From Octopus sinensis (Eukaryota), in contig NC_042997.1 of NCBI RefSeq assembly GCF_006345805.1, positions 92,628,001 through 92,692,000 of the forward strand: a DNA stretch of 64,000 bases, given 5' to 3'. Below, one piece after another: positions 12,947-26,861 of the stretch. A program made the position numbers and the translations under genes. The notes beneath the pieces were generated by a model. It had not been told where the DNA came from, did no database searches, and saw nothing but the letters and a program-made list of their open reading frames with translations. Each line of letters begins with the position of its first letter. Within the stretch, counting starts at the first letter, position 1.

Positions 12947-13000
12947 CATACATACATACATACATATATATATATAGATATAGATTTATGTATATATATG

Positions 13001-13066
<66 letters not shown>

Positions 13067-13072
13067 TACATA

Positions 13073-13382
13073 CTAGCAGTATCACCCGGCGTTGCTCGGG
13101 TTCCTAAGGGAAATAACTATATAAGCATTTTTAGAGAGTTACTTCCCTTATATAAACTGAGCAAAAAATGCATTAAAAAAACGAAAAATTATGGTAAATT
13201 TTTTTTTTAATCGTAGACTCATCGTAGACGCGCGCTAATACTCAGAAGGGCTCGATATGAATCACGACTATAAGATACCCGCTTTTGGTTTAACTGCACC
13301 GCAAAATGTGAGAGTAGTTAGGAATCTAAATCGGAGGAGACAGACTCTCACACACACAACTTCAGTTTTATATATAAAAAGA
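13073..13382 (-). mobile_element. Non-autonomous Helitron, copy 1
   Basis: Minus strand starts TC (13382-81) and ends with hairpin cccgagcaacgccggg then CTAG (13076-73), between A and T. Confidence 0.85.
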
Positions 13383-13385
13383 TAT

Positions 13386-13476
<91 letters not shown>

Positions 13477-13498
13477 GTATATATATATGTATTATATG

Positions 13499-13556
<58 letters not shown>

Positions 13557-13567
13557 ATATATACATA

Positions 13568-13875
13568 CTAGCAGTATCACCCGGCGTTGCTCGGGTTCCT
13601 AAGGGAAATAACTATATAAGCATTTTTAGAGAGTTACTTCCCTTATATAAACTGAGCAAAAAATACATTAAAAAAACGAAAAAATTATGGTAAATTTTTT
13701 TTTTAATCGTAGACTCATCGTAGACGCGCGCTAATACTCAGAAGGGCTCGATATGAATCACGACTATAAGATACCCGCTTTTGGTTTAACTGCACCGCAA
13801 AATGTGAGAGTAGTTAGGAATCTAAATCGGAGGAGACAGACTCTCACACACACAACTTCAGTTTTATATATAAAG

Positions 13876-13876
<1 letters not shown>
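13568..13876 (-). mobile_element. Non-autonomous Helitron, copy 2 (near-identical tandem)
   Basis: Same termini and sequence as 13073-13382 apart from a few differences; separated by (TA)n. Confidence 0.85.
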
Positions 13877-13952
<76 letters not shown>

Positions 13953-14007
13953 TATATTATATATATATATGTATATATATATGTATATAATGTATGTATG
14001 CATATAT

Positions 14008-14220
14008 TAGCACTTCGTCGGTTACGACGACGAGGGTTCCAATTGATCCGATCAACAGAACAGCCTGCTCAGGAAATTAACGTACAAGCGGTAATTAACA
14101 GTGAAGGCGTGTGACTTAGTGGTTAGGGTATACGCCTAACGATCGTAAGATTGTGAGTTCAATTCCCGGCGACGCGTTGTGTCCCCGAGCAAGACACTTT
14201 ATTTCCCGTTCGAGTCCACA
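14008..14220. mobile_element. SINE-C fragments: tail (-) 14008-14090 and head (+) 14104-14220
   Basis: gttacgacgacgagggttccaattgatccgatcaac is the reverse complement of the tail at 63440-63500; ggcgtgtgacttagtggttaggg is the head. Confidence 0.65.
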
Positions 14221-15318
14221 GGCAACCTCGAACTTCTTTTATCCAAAGAGTATTTTTAACTCAATATTTACACATTATTTATTATTCATAGCTTTATCTC
14301 CGGTGTTCCCCCAAATAATTATTTTATGTTCTCTTGAAGTTTATAATTCCATATGACGCCAACTATAATATACGTAGATACAGACATATCTATACATATG
14401 CATGTATGTTTACGTATATATATGTACATGTACATGTATATGGACGTATACATACATACACACATAATCAAATAAAAAAATCAAACATTAAAAATGACAA
14501 TAACAAACAAGTAGAGAACATGCATATAGAATGTAATAGTTTGATGCTCGGTAAGAAGGGAGAGTATTTGACGCTTTGAGCATAGCTCTTCATCGTAAAG
14601 GAAATCGGAAAAGTCCAAAGAAAAAAAAACACCATACATTACACGAATGCATGCATGTAATGTATGTATGTATGTATGTATGTATGTATGTATGTATGTG
14701 TGTATGTATGTATGTATGTATGTATGTATGTATGTATCTATGTATGTATGTATGTATGTATGTATGTATGTATGTATGCATGCATGAATATATAAAGATT
14801 GTACAAGTTCTTTGCAATATGACTAAGAATAATTCCGGAAGTGACGAAGTTCTGAAGTATAACTCTCACCTAAATTACTAAAAATAGAATGTGGGATTCA
14901 TATCTAGTCTTTTGTTAATGCATTAAATACGATGTATTTTACCATTTTTCAAGTTGAAATTATAAGACAGGGATTCTTTTTCTTTAGCGTAATTGTTTAT
15001 CTTACTCCCTATAAAAATACCATATAATATTCCATGTATCTGTTTCATGTTTATGCTGATACGTGTAGGTTTGGCTGATAGATGATAAATCCAATATTTT
15101 AAAGTATATATTTAGAGATGTCTATATATTAAATTCCAATGTTCTTCTGTTTAGATAAGGTATTCCAGAAAAATAAGCTTGAATTATTTTATCAATGATA
15201 TTGTGTATTATAATATGATAAAAGTTTGCTTGGAAATAGAAGGTATTGCAGAGCAATATATAGTCTGATATATCGGTATATAATTGATATTTATAGTACT
15301 GAAATACAATAGTGTTCA

Positions 15319-15375
<57 letters not shown>

Positions 15376-15873
15376 TACCCAGTCTTTTAAAGGATACCCA
15401 AAAGAAATATTATGAGACTAAGATCCATTTATGTCAATTAAATTAGTATTTATTATTCCCATTTGAGGTTAACGCCTGATGTAAAAGATAGCACCCGAAG
15501 TGTGCAATCCATGATCCGGTTTCATTTCTCGTTTGTAGCCACCATTTCTTTTCTTGCGCATCTATAATACTATTAAGAATGATATGGATACCATGTGATA
15601 TTATTTCCCCATTCTTATAAAATTGAAGCCTTGTAGTTTACATGAAGTTTTAATTTTGCTCTATGCAATGCGTATTATAGACGATCTCGAAAAATTGATG
15701 CTTGTAAATATATGATATAAATAGGAAAATAAGAAATCAACTTTTCCCGAAAAACTTAAGAGTATAAATGGAATGAAATAACTTCAACTGGGAGCGGAAA
15801 CTGCATCGTGATTCGTGTTGCTTGGCAAGATAGCTTGCTTTTCTCATAGCGCCGCAAGCATCACATAAATATT

Positions 15874-16268
15874 GGTTTCAGATTATGGTACAAAGCCAGT
15901 AATTCCGGTGGGATGTAAGTCAATTTAACAGATCGCAGTGCTCAACTGGTGTTTATTTTATCGACCCCGAAAGGATGAATGGCATTATCAATCTCGGCGG
16001 AATTTGAACTCAAACCATAAAGACGGACTGAATACCTATTTCTTTACTACCTACAAGGGGCTAAACACAGAGAGGACAAACAAGGACAGACAAACGGATT
16101 AAGTCAATTATATCGACCCAGTGCGTAACTGGTACTTATTTAATCGACCCCGAAAGTATGAAAGGCAAAGTCGACCTCGGCGGAATTTGAACTCAGAACG
16201 TAACGGCAGACGAAATACCGCAAAGCATTTCGCCCGGCGTGCTATCGTTTCTGCCAGCTCGCCGCCTT
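15874..16268 (-). mobile_element. SINE-A single-headed dimer: young long-tail copy (16031-16268) joined to an older headless body (15874-16036)
   Basis: Junction at aatacc (16031-36); the whole unit is flanked by an 18-bp direct repeat aagcatcacataaatatt (15856-73, 16269-86). Confidence 0.85.
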
Positions 16269-17069
16269 AAGCATCACATAAATATTAGTTCAGTAAGCAC
16301 GAAAACACTTTAAATGGAAAGCATAATAATTTCCAATAATGGAACTTAAGCCTTAATCCAGAGGAGGAATAGTTATTAAACAATTCTTAAATTAAATCAA
16401 GGGTGATGCATCGCTGTTCCAATTAATTAAGATTGATAAGAAACAGTGCGATGAGCACATTGTTTTGTTCAGGCACCACTTCACTGTGCTTTTGAGGTTG
16501 GATAATGTGACGTTCTCACATTTCCACAATTACCATTATGAGTAAAATGGAGCGGTTTTAAATCAGAATTGAAACTGTGACGCAGTCTCTGGTAGTAGAG
16601 TAGAAAAATTTACTTCCTGATAGCATTAACTGGCATAACGTAGACATTCTTTAATGGTGAATTCATCGACGGCATTTTTGCTTTTCGGATAGCTTGTTCC
16701 AGGTAGAGCTTATAAAACATTAAAGAAATATTATTGTAAGACGTTACGAAAATCAGTAACAATGTTTATCTTGTCTTGTTAAAGATATCCTATTAACGGT
16801 CATGGGATATGGTGTAGATGGGAATAGCGGATATAATCATGATGGTGTTCGAGTTTTTATATTTGGTTATATTTTTAGTTCCTGTGTACCTATGATAAAA
16901 ATACCATTATCGGAACGCTTACTGATGAAGTCTGTCAAGTTAAAGGATGAATGATGATGATGATGATGATGAGGAGGAGGTGTGCGTGTGTACGTATGTG
17001 TGTCATGTGTGTATACACATACATACGTACATACACACATACATATATATATATATATAATATATATAT

Positions 17070-17120
<51 letters not shown>

Positions 17121-17140
17121 TGCATATATACATACATACA

Positions 17141-17176
<36 letters not shown>

Positions 17177-17319
17177 TATATATATTATATATGGTGTGTG
17201 TGAGTATTTATATACGTATACGCGCACGAGCACACAAACGCTCACACCCCCCACACACACGCACACACGTATATAGCAGGAAGAGATAAAGAGCAAAGGA
17301 AAGAAAGGTGAGTTGCAAC

Positions 17320-17394
<75 letters not shown>

Positions 17395-17457
17395 CTTATC
17401 GGGAAAGGGAACAAAATTAAGCATTTTTGATTTGAGAAGTAAGTTGCACAAATAATA

Positions 17458-18370
17458 TCTATATATATAAAACTGTAGTTGTGTGAGTGTCTGTCCCCTT
17501 CGATTTAGATTCCTAACTACTCCCACATTTTGCGGTGCAGTTTAACCAAATTCGGGTATCTTATAGTCGTAATTCATATCGAGCCCGTCTGGGTATTAGC
17601 GCGCGTCTACGATGAGTCTACGATTTAAAAAATAATTTAACATCATTTTTTATTCCATTTTAATGCATATTTTTTCGTGTGTCGATGGCGGCGGAGTTGG
17701 CGTCCACGCTCACATCTGCACCTGTGTTGCTTCTCCCCCTTCTTCCTTCCCTCGTGAAGCTGTGGGGAAGGGAGTGTAAGGAAATCAACGTCGTAATGCG
17801 TTGTCAAGGAGACCAGCGTTCTTTTAGAACAACGACTTCATGGCTTGAAGTCGCCAAAACAGAAATCGCTAAAAAAGCTGAAACAGATCCACAAAAATGG
17901 CAATTACCGCCACACAGGGCAGGTTTCCAGTGCAAACAATTTGCACAACCGAATGTTTTAGTTGTTGCACAAATCTTTATATATAAAAGTAAGGTTGTGT
18001 GTCTATCTCCTACGAATTAGATTCCTAACTACTCCCACATTTTGCGGTGCAGTGTAACCAAAACCGGGTATCTTATAGCCGTGATTCATATCGAGCCCTT
18101 CTGGGTATTAGCGCGCGTCTACGATGAGTCTACGATTTAAAAAAAAATTACCATAATTTTTTATTCCATTTTAATACATTTTTCGCTATTATATAAGGGA
18201 AGTAACTCTCTAAAAATGTCTACGATGAGTCAACGATTAAAAAAAAAATTACCATCATTTTTTATTCCATTTTTAATGCATTTTTTGCTATTTTTTTGCT
18301 ATAACTCACTAAAAATGTTTATATAGTTATTTCCCTTACAAACCCGAGCAATGCCGGGCGATACTGCTAG
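17458..18370 (+). mobile_element. Composite Helitron: 5' portion with extra internal segment (17458-17973) followed by a complete short copy (17974-18370)
   Basis: Two a|TC...tatatataaaa 5' ends (17458, 17974) and one 3' hairpin cccgagcaatgccggg plus CTAG|t (18367-70); same family as 13073. Confidence 0.8.
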
Positions 18371-20616
18371 TCATATATAAATTTCATACATTAACTACAG
18401 AAATTTCTTCTGTAGTTAATGTATGAAATTATAGCAGGTTTTCGAAGTACTTTAAATTGATCTTGAAAAACCGAGAAAATACTCGTTAACTTACACAACA
18501 CTGTCACGTACACAGCACAAGGGCAATGTGCTAGTAGAAATTGTTGAGTGCCGTTCTCTGTTGTAAAGTTAAGCTAGAACAATATTTGGAAAACTAATTA
18601 CACATATCTAAACATTAGATTTGATACTGATTGGTTCTCTACTCATTCCATAGATGAGCTGTTTTCTCTCATTTCAAGTACTGATCAATAGTAAGTAGGT
18701 CCAAACACGGGTTATTAAAACACGGGTTAATAAATTCCATGAGATTTCCATTATGTAAAGCTATAACATAAATAAACATAGTTAGGGGTGGGGAGACTAA
18801 ACCTGTATAAAGCACTAAAAGTATTAAATAAAAATTGCTTTATGATTCGTGTATGACTCATGTTTTCGTTTAGCCTTGAAATATTCTATGTTGTTTCAGT
18901 ATTATTCTGTGCAGTCTTTTCCCTATTGGCATCCATTATTGACAAGTGTCGTCTATCAGATAACGCCAGACAGTTGTGCTATATCTACGTGACACATATG
19001 TGTCATCACTTTGAATAGTTGAGATTCTTAATTCCTTTTATACAAACATTCGCTTTTAAACAATACGATTGACCTGTGATTTGAAGGCATGGGAACCTTT
19101 TCCATTTCAAAAGAAGTTTCTTCAAACAAATATTAATTCATTATGCCGCAGTATATAGTTTGAACTATGTCTTTAGAAACTATGATCAAGAGGAAAAAAG
19201 ATTAACTAAAGATTAACCTTCTATTTAGAAGATATGGTTTGCAATTGCGGTCAAGGATTTAAATTATAAACTCATATGTCTTTAAAGCAAAATCTTATCT
19301 GGGCAAGTTATGACATCATCATCGTATCAATTAACAGATTGTTGGGTCGTGTCCAGCTTCTGGCTCTTTGCTGTGGATATGCTAAAGTTAATTTCACTTC
19401 CAGTGGCTCATTCCAACTTCTATGAATTGGTGCCATATTAGTAACGATTCCATGTTAGAAATAGAGGGAGATTTCTGTCAAGTGTTTCGTTGGCTGATTT
19501 GTTGTGTTTAACTCAAATCCCATCGGGATGAATAGCTTTAGGAGACACTGTAATGGAATCATTAAGACTAATTTACTCTTTGACAGATGTGTCTGATTAA
19601 GAAATGAACGGAAATTGATTCTATCATGCTTTATAGAATCACTTTCTTTTGACTTTTAATAGGACTTATGTTAACTCGTTGCTTAGACTTACACAAGCCC
19701 TGATGAAACACATCTATGAACAAATGTCGTCCTGTCTTTTTGAGGGTGTTCAGGAATACAGTACCCAGTGCACTGCTTCCCATTTTGAAGACTGGGTATG
19801 ATTTCGAGAGAGACTCGTCAACTATTTCTAACAGGTAAATTGTTACAATGATTTAGTGTTCGATTAAAATCGAAATCGAATTGCGTGAGTTTCTTTCTCT
19901 GAAGTGATATCCCGCAAATATATATATATATATATATAATAAATAAATAAATAATGATCCAATTTGTTTATAGGAGAAACATTTTAAGCTGTCGTGTTCA
20001 TACTTTCCTTAATGACATTAACAGTTTCAGTTGGCTCTTCGAGCCTCAGTCTGAATTCATACTCCTAACAAAGGAGTATCTAAGTAAAACGAAGGCGAAA
20101 TGGCTTTAAATAGGAAACGAACTCGCATTGCAGATTTGGTTCCTTTAGAATTTACTTACTTCGCTACAATGATAACAGAACATACAAGTTTCATAAATAA
20201 ATAGGATCCCATAAAGTAAGGATACCTTAAAAGTAATTATCTGCATTAGCGGTGTATTTCATCCCAACTAAATCTGCATTTACAATAATCCCGCAAAGTA
20301 TTTAGTCTTCATTCTATGCCAAACAACGTCAAATGTTCTAAGACACCTACCTTATCAGTTTCTCAGATTTAGCAAGTTCTGTGCGCCTACCCAAATCCAC
20401 CCGACACTCCTGCATCTCCACGCCTCGTCAACATTATTGTGATTCACCTAAGAATCCTGCATTAAATTTTCTTCTTCCTTTCCCCCCTTAGCATCTAGTT
20501 CTCTAGAATTCCTCCTGGGTCACGTTTTAACTGAATATATTGATCAAACAGGAGTTGAACACTAATTATATAATCTGTTGGTTAGGGTTTGAAATATAAA
20601 CATCACTTCTCTTAAA

Positions 20617-21048
20617 CATTAATTTCTTTTATTTGACTATCAATCACATGGACACGTGCCACACGGTCTATTACATTAGTACTGGACGAATTGAACTTAG
20701 TACCAGTCAGTGAAGAATCTATCATCATTACAGATTTGGACTATCGTACTCTCTGCAAGTATTCCGACAAGTTTTCTGGTTTGAAACTGACTAGCTTGAT
20801 GAGCTTCTTCTTGCAATAACAATCAGTGAACTATGATTTCTTCTTCATTTTAGTCTTCAAGGTTATGAAAAGATTATGAGCGAGGCTCTTTTGTCTTCCA
20901 TTAAAGTCTTAAAGCAATAGGGAGTGGGTCGGTGTCAACTGGGCGACTTGAAGCATCGGTGATAATCATTACAGAAATAAGAGGAGAGCGAAATGGACAG
21001 AAAGGAAGAGAGAAAAGGAGGGAGTGAAAGAAAAAAGAGAGAAAGTGG

Positions 21049-21079
<31 letters not shown>

Positions 21080-22868
21080 CAGGGAGAGAGAGAAAGAGGG
21101 AGAGCCAGAAAGAGTGAAAGAGAAAGAGAAGAGATGGAAAATTTTAAGTTTCTCGTGGTTGTTTATGAATAACTGTTTCCATTGCCTTTAAAAGATGTAG
21201 TAAGAGAGGTTTCTTGAAGATGATTATAGAATTGTATTAAATGTCTGGCAAAAGTTTTAATGAGGGCGCATCGTTATAGAGTATTTTTGGTGAAACATTC
21301 CTGATATATAAATCAGAGTATTTGATATCTTTCAGGTAACATAAGAGCTTACGATCTTGATGGACGGGAAAATTAAGTGATGAGAATAAAATAAACGAAA
21401 TTCCATTCGTGATTGATTTCTGTTTAATTGTAGAGTTGGCGGTATAACTAATAAGTGAAAACAGTATGTTCACATTGGAAGAAAATATAGGAATACCTCA
21501 ACTGACGTCGCTAATTAATTCCTAAACATGTGATTTAACTCGAAAAGCGACGTAGCACGAAAATATATTTTTGAAAACTTTATTAGTTTATATCTGTTTT
21601 AATAAATGATTTATATATGTTTTCACGTGTATTTTGATTTTCTACATCAGTGTTAGTGTGATTTTTTTTTTTTTTTTTTTTGAAAACGTTTATGCTTTTA
21701 AATACTTTCGCTGAGACCGGCGTAAAGTTTATTTTTCCATTAATTTCTTTTATTTGACTATCAATCACATGGACACGTGCCACACGGTCTATTACATTAG
21801 TACTGGACGAATTGAACTTAGTACCAGTCAGTGAAGAATCTATCATCATTACAGATTTGGACTATCGTACTCTCTGCAAGTATTCCGACAAGTTTTCTGG
21901 TTTGAAACTGACTAGCTTGATGAGCTTCTTCTTGCAATAACAATCAGTGAACTATGATTTCTTCTTCATTTTAGTCTTCAAGGTTATGAAAAGATTATGA
22001 GCGAGGCTCTTTTGTCTTCCATTAAAGTCTTAAAGCAATAGGGAGTGGGTCGTGTCAACTGGGCGACTTGAAGCATCGGTGATAATCATTACAGAAATAA
22101 GAGGAGAGCGAAGTGGACAGAAAGGAAGAGAGAAAAGGAGGGAGTGAAAGAAAAAAGAGAGAAAGTGGGAGAGAAAGAGAGAAAGAGAGAGAGAGAACAG
22201 GAGAGAGAGAAAGAGGGAGAGCCAGAAGAGTGAAAGAGAAAGAGAAGAGATGGAAAATTTTAAGTTTCTCGTGGTTGTTTATGAATAACTGTTTCCATTG
22301 CCTTTAAAAGATGTAGTAAGAGAGGTTTCTTGAAGATGATTATAGAATTGTATTAAATGTCTGGCAAAAGTTTTAAATGAGGGCGCATCGTTATAGAGTA
22401 TTTTTGGTGAAACATTCCTGATATATAAATCAGAGTATTTGATATCTTTCAGGTAACATAAGAGCTTACGATCTTGATGGACGGGAAAATTAAGTGATGA
22501 GAATAAAATAAACGAAATTCCATTCGTGATTGATTTCTGTTTAATTGTAGAGTTGGCGGTATAACTAATAAGTGAAAACAGTATGTTCACATTGGAAGAA
22601 AATATAGGAATACCTCAACTGACGTCGCTATTAATTCCTAAACATGTGATTTAACTCGAAAAGCGACGTAGCACGAAAATATATTTTTGAAAACTTTATT
22701 AGTTTATATCTGTTTTAATAAATGATTTATATATGTTTTCACGTGTATTTTGATTTTCTACATCAGTGTTAGTGTGAGTTTTTTTTTTTTTTTTTTTTTG
22801 AAAACGTTTATGCTTTTAAATACTTTCGCTGAGACCGGCGTAAAGTTTATTTTTCCATTAATTTCTTT
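20617..22868. repeat. Head-to-tail tandem duplication, unit about 1.12 kb
   Basis: Unit 1 20617-21737, unit 2 21738-22855; duplicated ORFs 21237/22279 and 21583/22758 in the track; cattaatttcttt at 20617, 21738 and 22856. Confidence 0.95.
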
Positions 22869-23441
22869 AAAAAAAAACAACCTAAAGTCTAAAATATGTA
22901 GCTCGAAACCACATATGTTAAGATGTATCTTTAATAAGTTAATCGTACAATTTGTAAGAAAGAACAAACATTTGCTTTAGAATTGGTATAATGCATGTTA
23001 AGAAAAAGATACAAATGTGCGTTTATAGTATATGCTCCATTAAGTGACGACACATGACAGGATTTTTAAAGCACCGAGAAAAATGCCTTGCTTTATTGTG
23101 TTACGCCCCTTTACTTAGTAAAAGCAGAATCGCTGATTTGGTCAAAATAACAAAGGAATTCCCTTTCTGGAGTGATGTTTTTCTTTTTTTTTTTCTGGGT
23201 GGAGAAGTTCGTACTGTAGTCGATATAATAGGTGCCAGAATGTAGTAGGCTTTTAATCAATGATACTGTAGCGAAATATATGATCGCACGACAATAAGTA
23301 TACAATATGGAAATTAGTATGCTTGCTTCAAAAGGTAATGAGGAACCAAACCAATGATGTGTAGTTACAATGACTTTATATCAGTTTGAAGTGGAGCGCT
23401 ATTAAAAGACTGAGATATTCTCTTCCTACCAAACACACACA

Positions 23442-23485
<44 letters not shown>

Positions 23486-24718
23486 ATATATTCTGCACCT
23501 TGTGCACACATGCGTGTATGGACGCTTTATATGTGGTTTTTGTACGTATGTATGTATATATGTATGTGTGTGTATGTATGTATGTATGTATGTATGTAGT
23601 ATGTATGTATGTATGTATGTATGTATGTATGTATGTATGTATAGGCAGACATACGGATAGATAGATATAGATGTTTATATGTATCTAAGTATGTAATCAT
23701 TATCGACACTAAGATATCTATATTCCCTTACAAAACACGTTTTAAAGCAATATTCCCACTTGTTTTCTGTATCGTGACAAGTTACAAAAGAAAAACTTTG
23801 GCTCGGTTAATCATTTGAACTTTTCAAGCGAAAGCTGATATCTGTCGACTTTCCACTGAAAATCTGTTTGCAATGTAGGAGATGAATTCAATAATATAGC
23901 CAACCCACGGGTCGCCATTGTATTTCGTATAAATAAAAACAGTGACGCCTTGTATTATAGCTTCGGGTGATTTGTAAACATATATCACTTGAAGATAGAT
24001 TTCTCACAGTCTTGAGTAAACTATTTGTCTAGTTCCATAATATCTTAATGTTTCAAAGATTTCGAATAGTTTTTATTTAAACTTATGCTCGCGTGTTTTT
24101 CACTGAAAATAAATTTGGAGGATTGAGGATAAAAATTAAAGAACAAAAACTAAAAATAAGCTTATGGAGTGTGCAGTTGGGTGATACAATTATACGAAAA
24201 ACAACGTTCTCTTCTATGTTCTCAGTCTTCTCGCCTACGAACTGTACAAAGGAGTGATGAGTGACGGAATGCAACTTTAAAATGCTATCGTTCTTTGCGG
24301 ACCTGTGTTTGGTTATGTCAAATAAAATGTAAAGAATGAGTACTGGAGTGGAGATTACTTCATAAGTTCAATGTTCATTCTCATATTATCAGTTGAGACT
24401 GTTGATTCATTTGACTTGCACTGTTTTTTTCTTATTCTGGCACTAAAAACTGTCTTTTTATCCTATGCCAGTAATAGCGTCCGAGATACTGGCGAAGTTG
24501 AAAGGATGGTGCGCTCCACTCCGGGTGGAATTTTTGAGAGGCGGCATTTCAGATGCGTATTTGCCTAATGTGGTACGAACTCCTCTGAATCTGCTGCTGA
24601 TCCAAGGAAATTTGGGGTGGTCTGTGTCAGTAAAAAGGTATATACATACATACATACATACATACATACATACATACATACATACATACATACATACATA
24701 CATGCATATATGTATAGT

Positions 24719-24965
24719 GGAGGCGCGTGGCTTAGTGGTTAGGGTGTCAGCATCATGATCGTAAGATTGTGGTTTCGATTCCTGAACCGGGTGACGTATT
24801 GTGTTCTTGAGCAAGACACTTCATTTCACGTTGCTCCAGTCCACTCAGCTGGCAAAAATGAGTAACGCTGCGATGGACTGGCGTCCCGTCCAGCTGGGGA
24901 ACACATACGCCATTGAAACCGGGAAATCGGGCCCATGAGCCTGGCTAGACTTTAAAAGGGCGCAT
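24719..24965 (+). mobile_element. SINE-C, well preserved
   Basis: ggaggcgcgtggcttagtggttaggg (A box), gtttcgattcc (B box), cttgagcaagacact core, ends ...aaaagggcgcattt. Confidence 0.85.
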
Positions 24966-24974
24966 TTATTTTAT

Positions 24975-25006
<32 letters not shown>

Positions 25007-25405
25007 CATACATACATACATACATACATACGCACGCACGCACGCACACACGCATACACACTCACACAAACACACACACACACACTGAAAATCATGAGTC
25101 AGGATTAATCCCAAAACGTCAACTTTCTCTTTGCTTCACGCCAGAGGAATTTATCCAAACACACGGGCATCTCTGTGGTTTTACTCTACAAGGTTTAAAG
25201 GCTGAGTACTGAATTTTGCGCACGTTAATAATGCAGTCGAATCCAAAGATCCAGTATTCGTTGAAACGAATAATTCTAATAATAATTATCCTCAGAAAAA
25301 AAAAAAAGTCTCAGTACTTCAATTTGTGTTATTGTTAAAGGTATTATTTAAATATGAAACAGCCGAGAGAATTATTAAGTAAATATTGTGAGATAGAATT
25401 ATTAA

Positions 25406-25618
25406 GTTCTTCTTCTTCTTCTTCTTCTTCTTCTTCTTCTTCTTCTTCTTCTTCTTCTTCTTCTTCTTCTTCTTCTTCTTTTCTTCTTTTTCCTCTTCTT
25501 CTTCTTCTTCTTCTTCTTCTTCTTCTTCTTCTTCCTCCTCCTCTTCGTCTTCCTCTTCGTCTTCGTCTTCTTCTTCTTCTTCTCTTCTTCTTCTTCTTCT
25601 TCTTTTTGTTGTTCTTCT
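25406..25618. repeat. (TTC)n trinucleotide array with TCC/GTC variants
   Basis: Direct reading; source of the poly-S/poly-K/R ORFs. Confidence 0.95.
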
Positions 25619-25923
25619 TTACATTTTATCTGCACATTTGTTACAATCACTTGCCGAGACACACCCAGTGTCCTAAGGCCTGTGAAGAGTAAGATAGGAC
25701 TGAAACCTTGGAGTTTGGAAGTGGCAGGGGTAGTAGTGAAATATCATCATGTAGTACAACGCAGACATTTAAATTGATAGGGATTTCTAAGGCTGTGGGC
25801 AGTACCTATCAACACAATCTTTTGGATTTCTCTGTGACATAATTCTCCTGGGATGTTATCTAGATGTTTCTGACGTCCCTTTTTTATTATCATCATCATG
25901 ATTATTGTTTAAAAATAAAAGAA

Positions 25924-26560
<637 letters not shown>

Positions 26561-26861
26561 ACACAAGACAAAATTGTATAGTTTAGCTGATGATGTTTTA
26601 TCGTAGATTTTCATTAATAAACATTATATAAACAGTAAACGTTTTGTTCGACCAATATTACTCTTGGGTCGTAGTTGTAAATTTGACTGACTAAAAACAC
26701 TCGCCATACCGATTCATTAGCGGTTATGATTGACTGTATTACAACTATCATTTTCTTAAGGTAGCAAAAGATTTACAATAATTATTTTTCACTTTGGCAC
26801 AAGCTCCAGGTTTATAAACAGGCGATTGAACAAACCTCAGAATATTGCTATGTATCTTATT

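Noticed and set aside
12500-12961. ORF as a host C2H2 transcription factor
   Set aside because: The start codon lies in a microsatellite, there are no TGEKP linkers or splice sites, and the upstream motif and 3' end are those of an RTE LINE.
19663-19795. Open candidate exon TYVNSLLRLTQALMKHIYEQMSSCLFEGVQEYSTQCTASHFEDW between taatag and gtatga
   Set aside because: No recognisable domain and no compatible neighbouring exons; could be chance or a UTR exon.
24719-24800. SINE heads (here, and at 57436, 9180 and others) as functional tRNA genes
   Set aside because: Cloverleaves are imperfect and each continues into a repeated SINE body.
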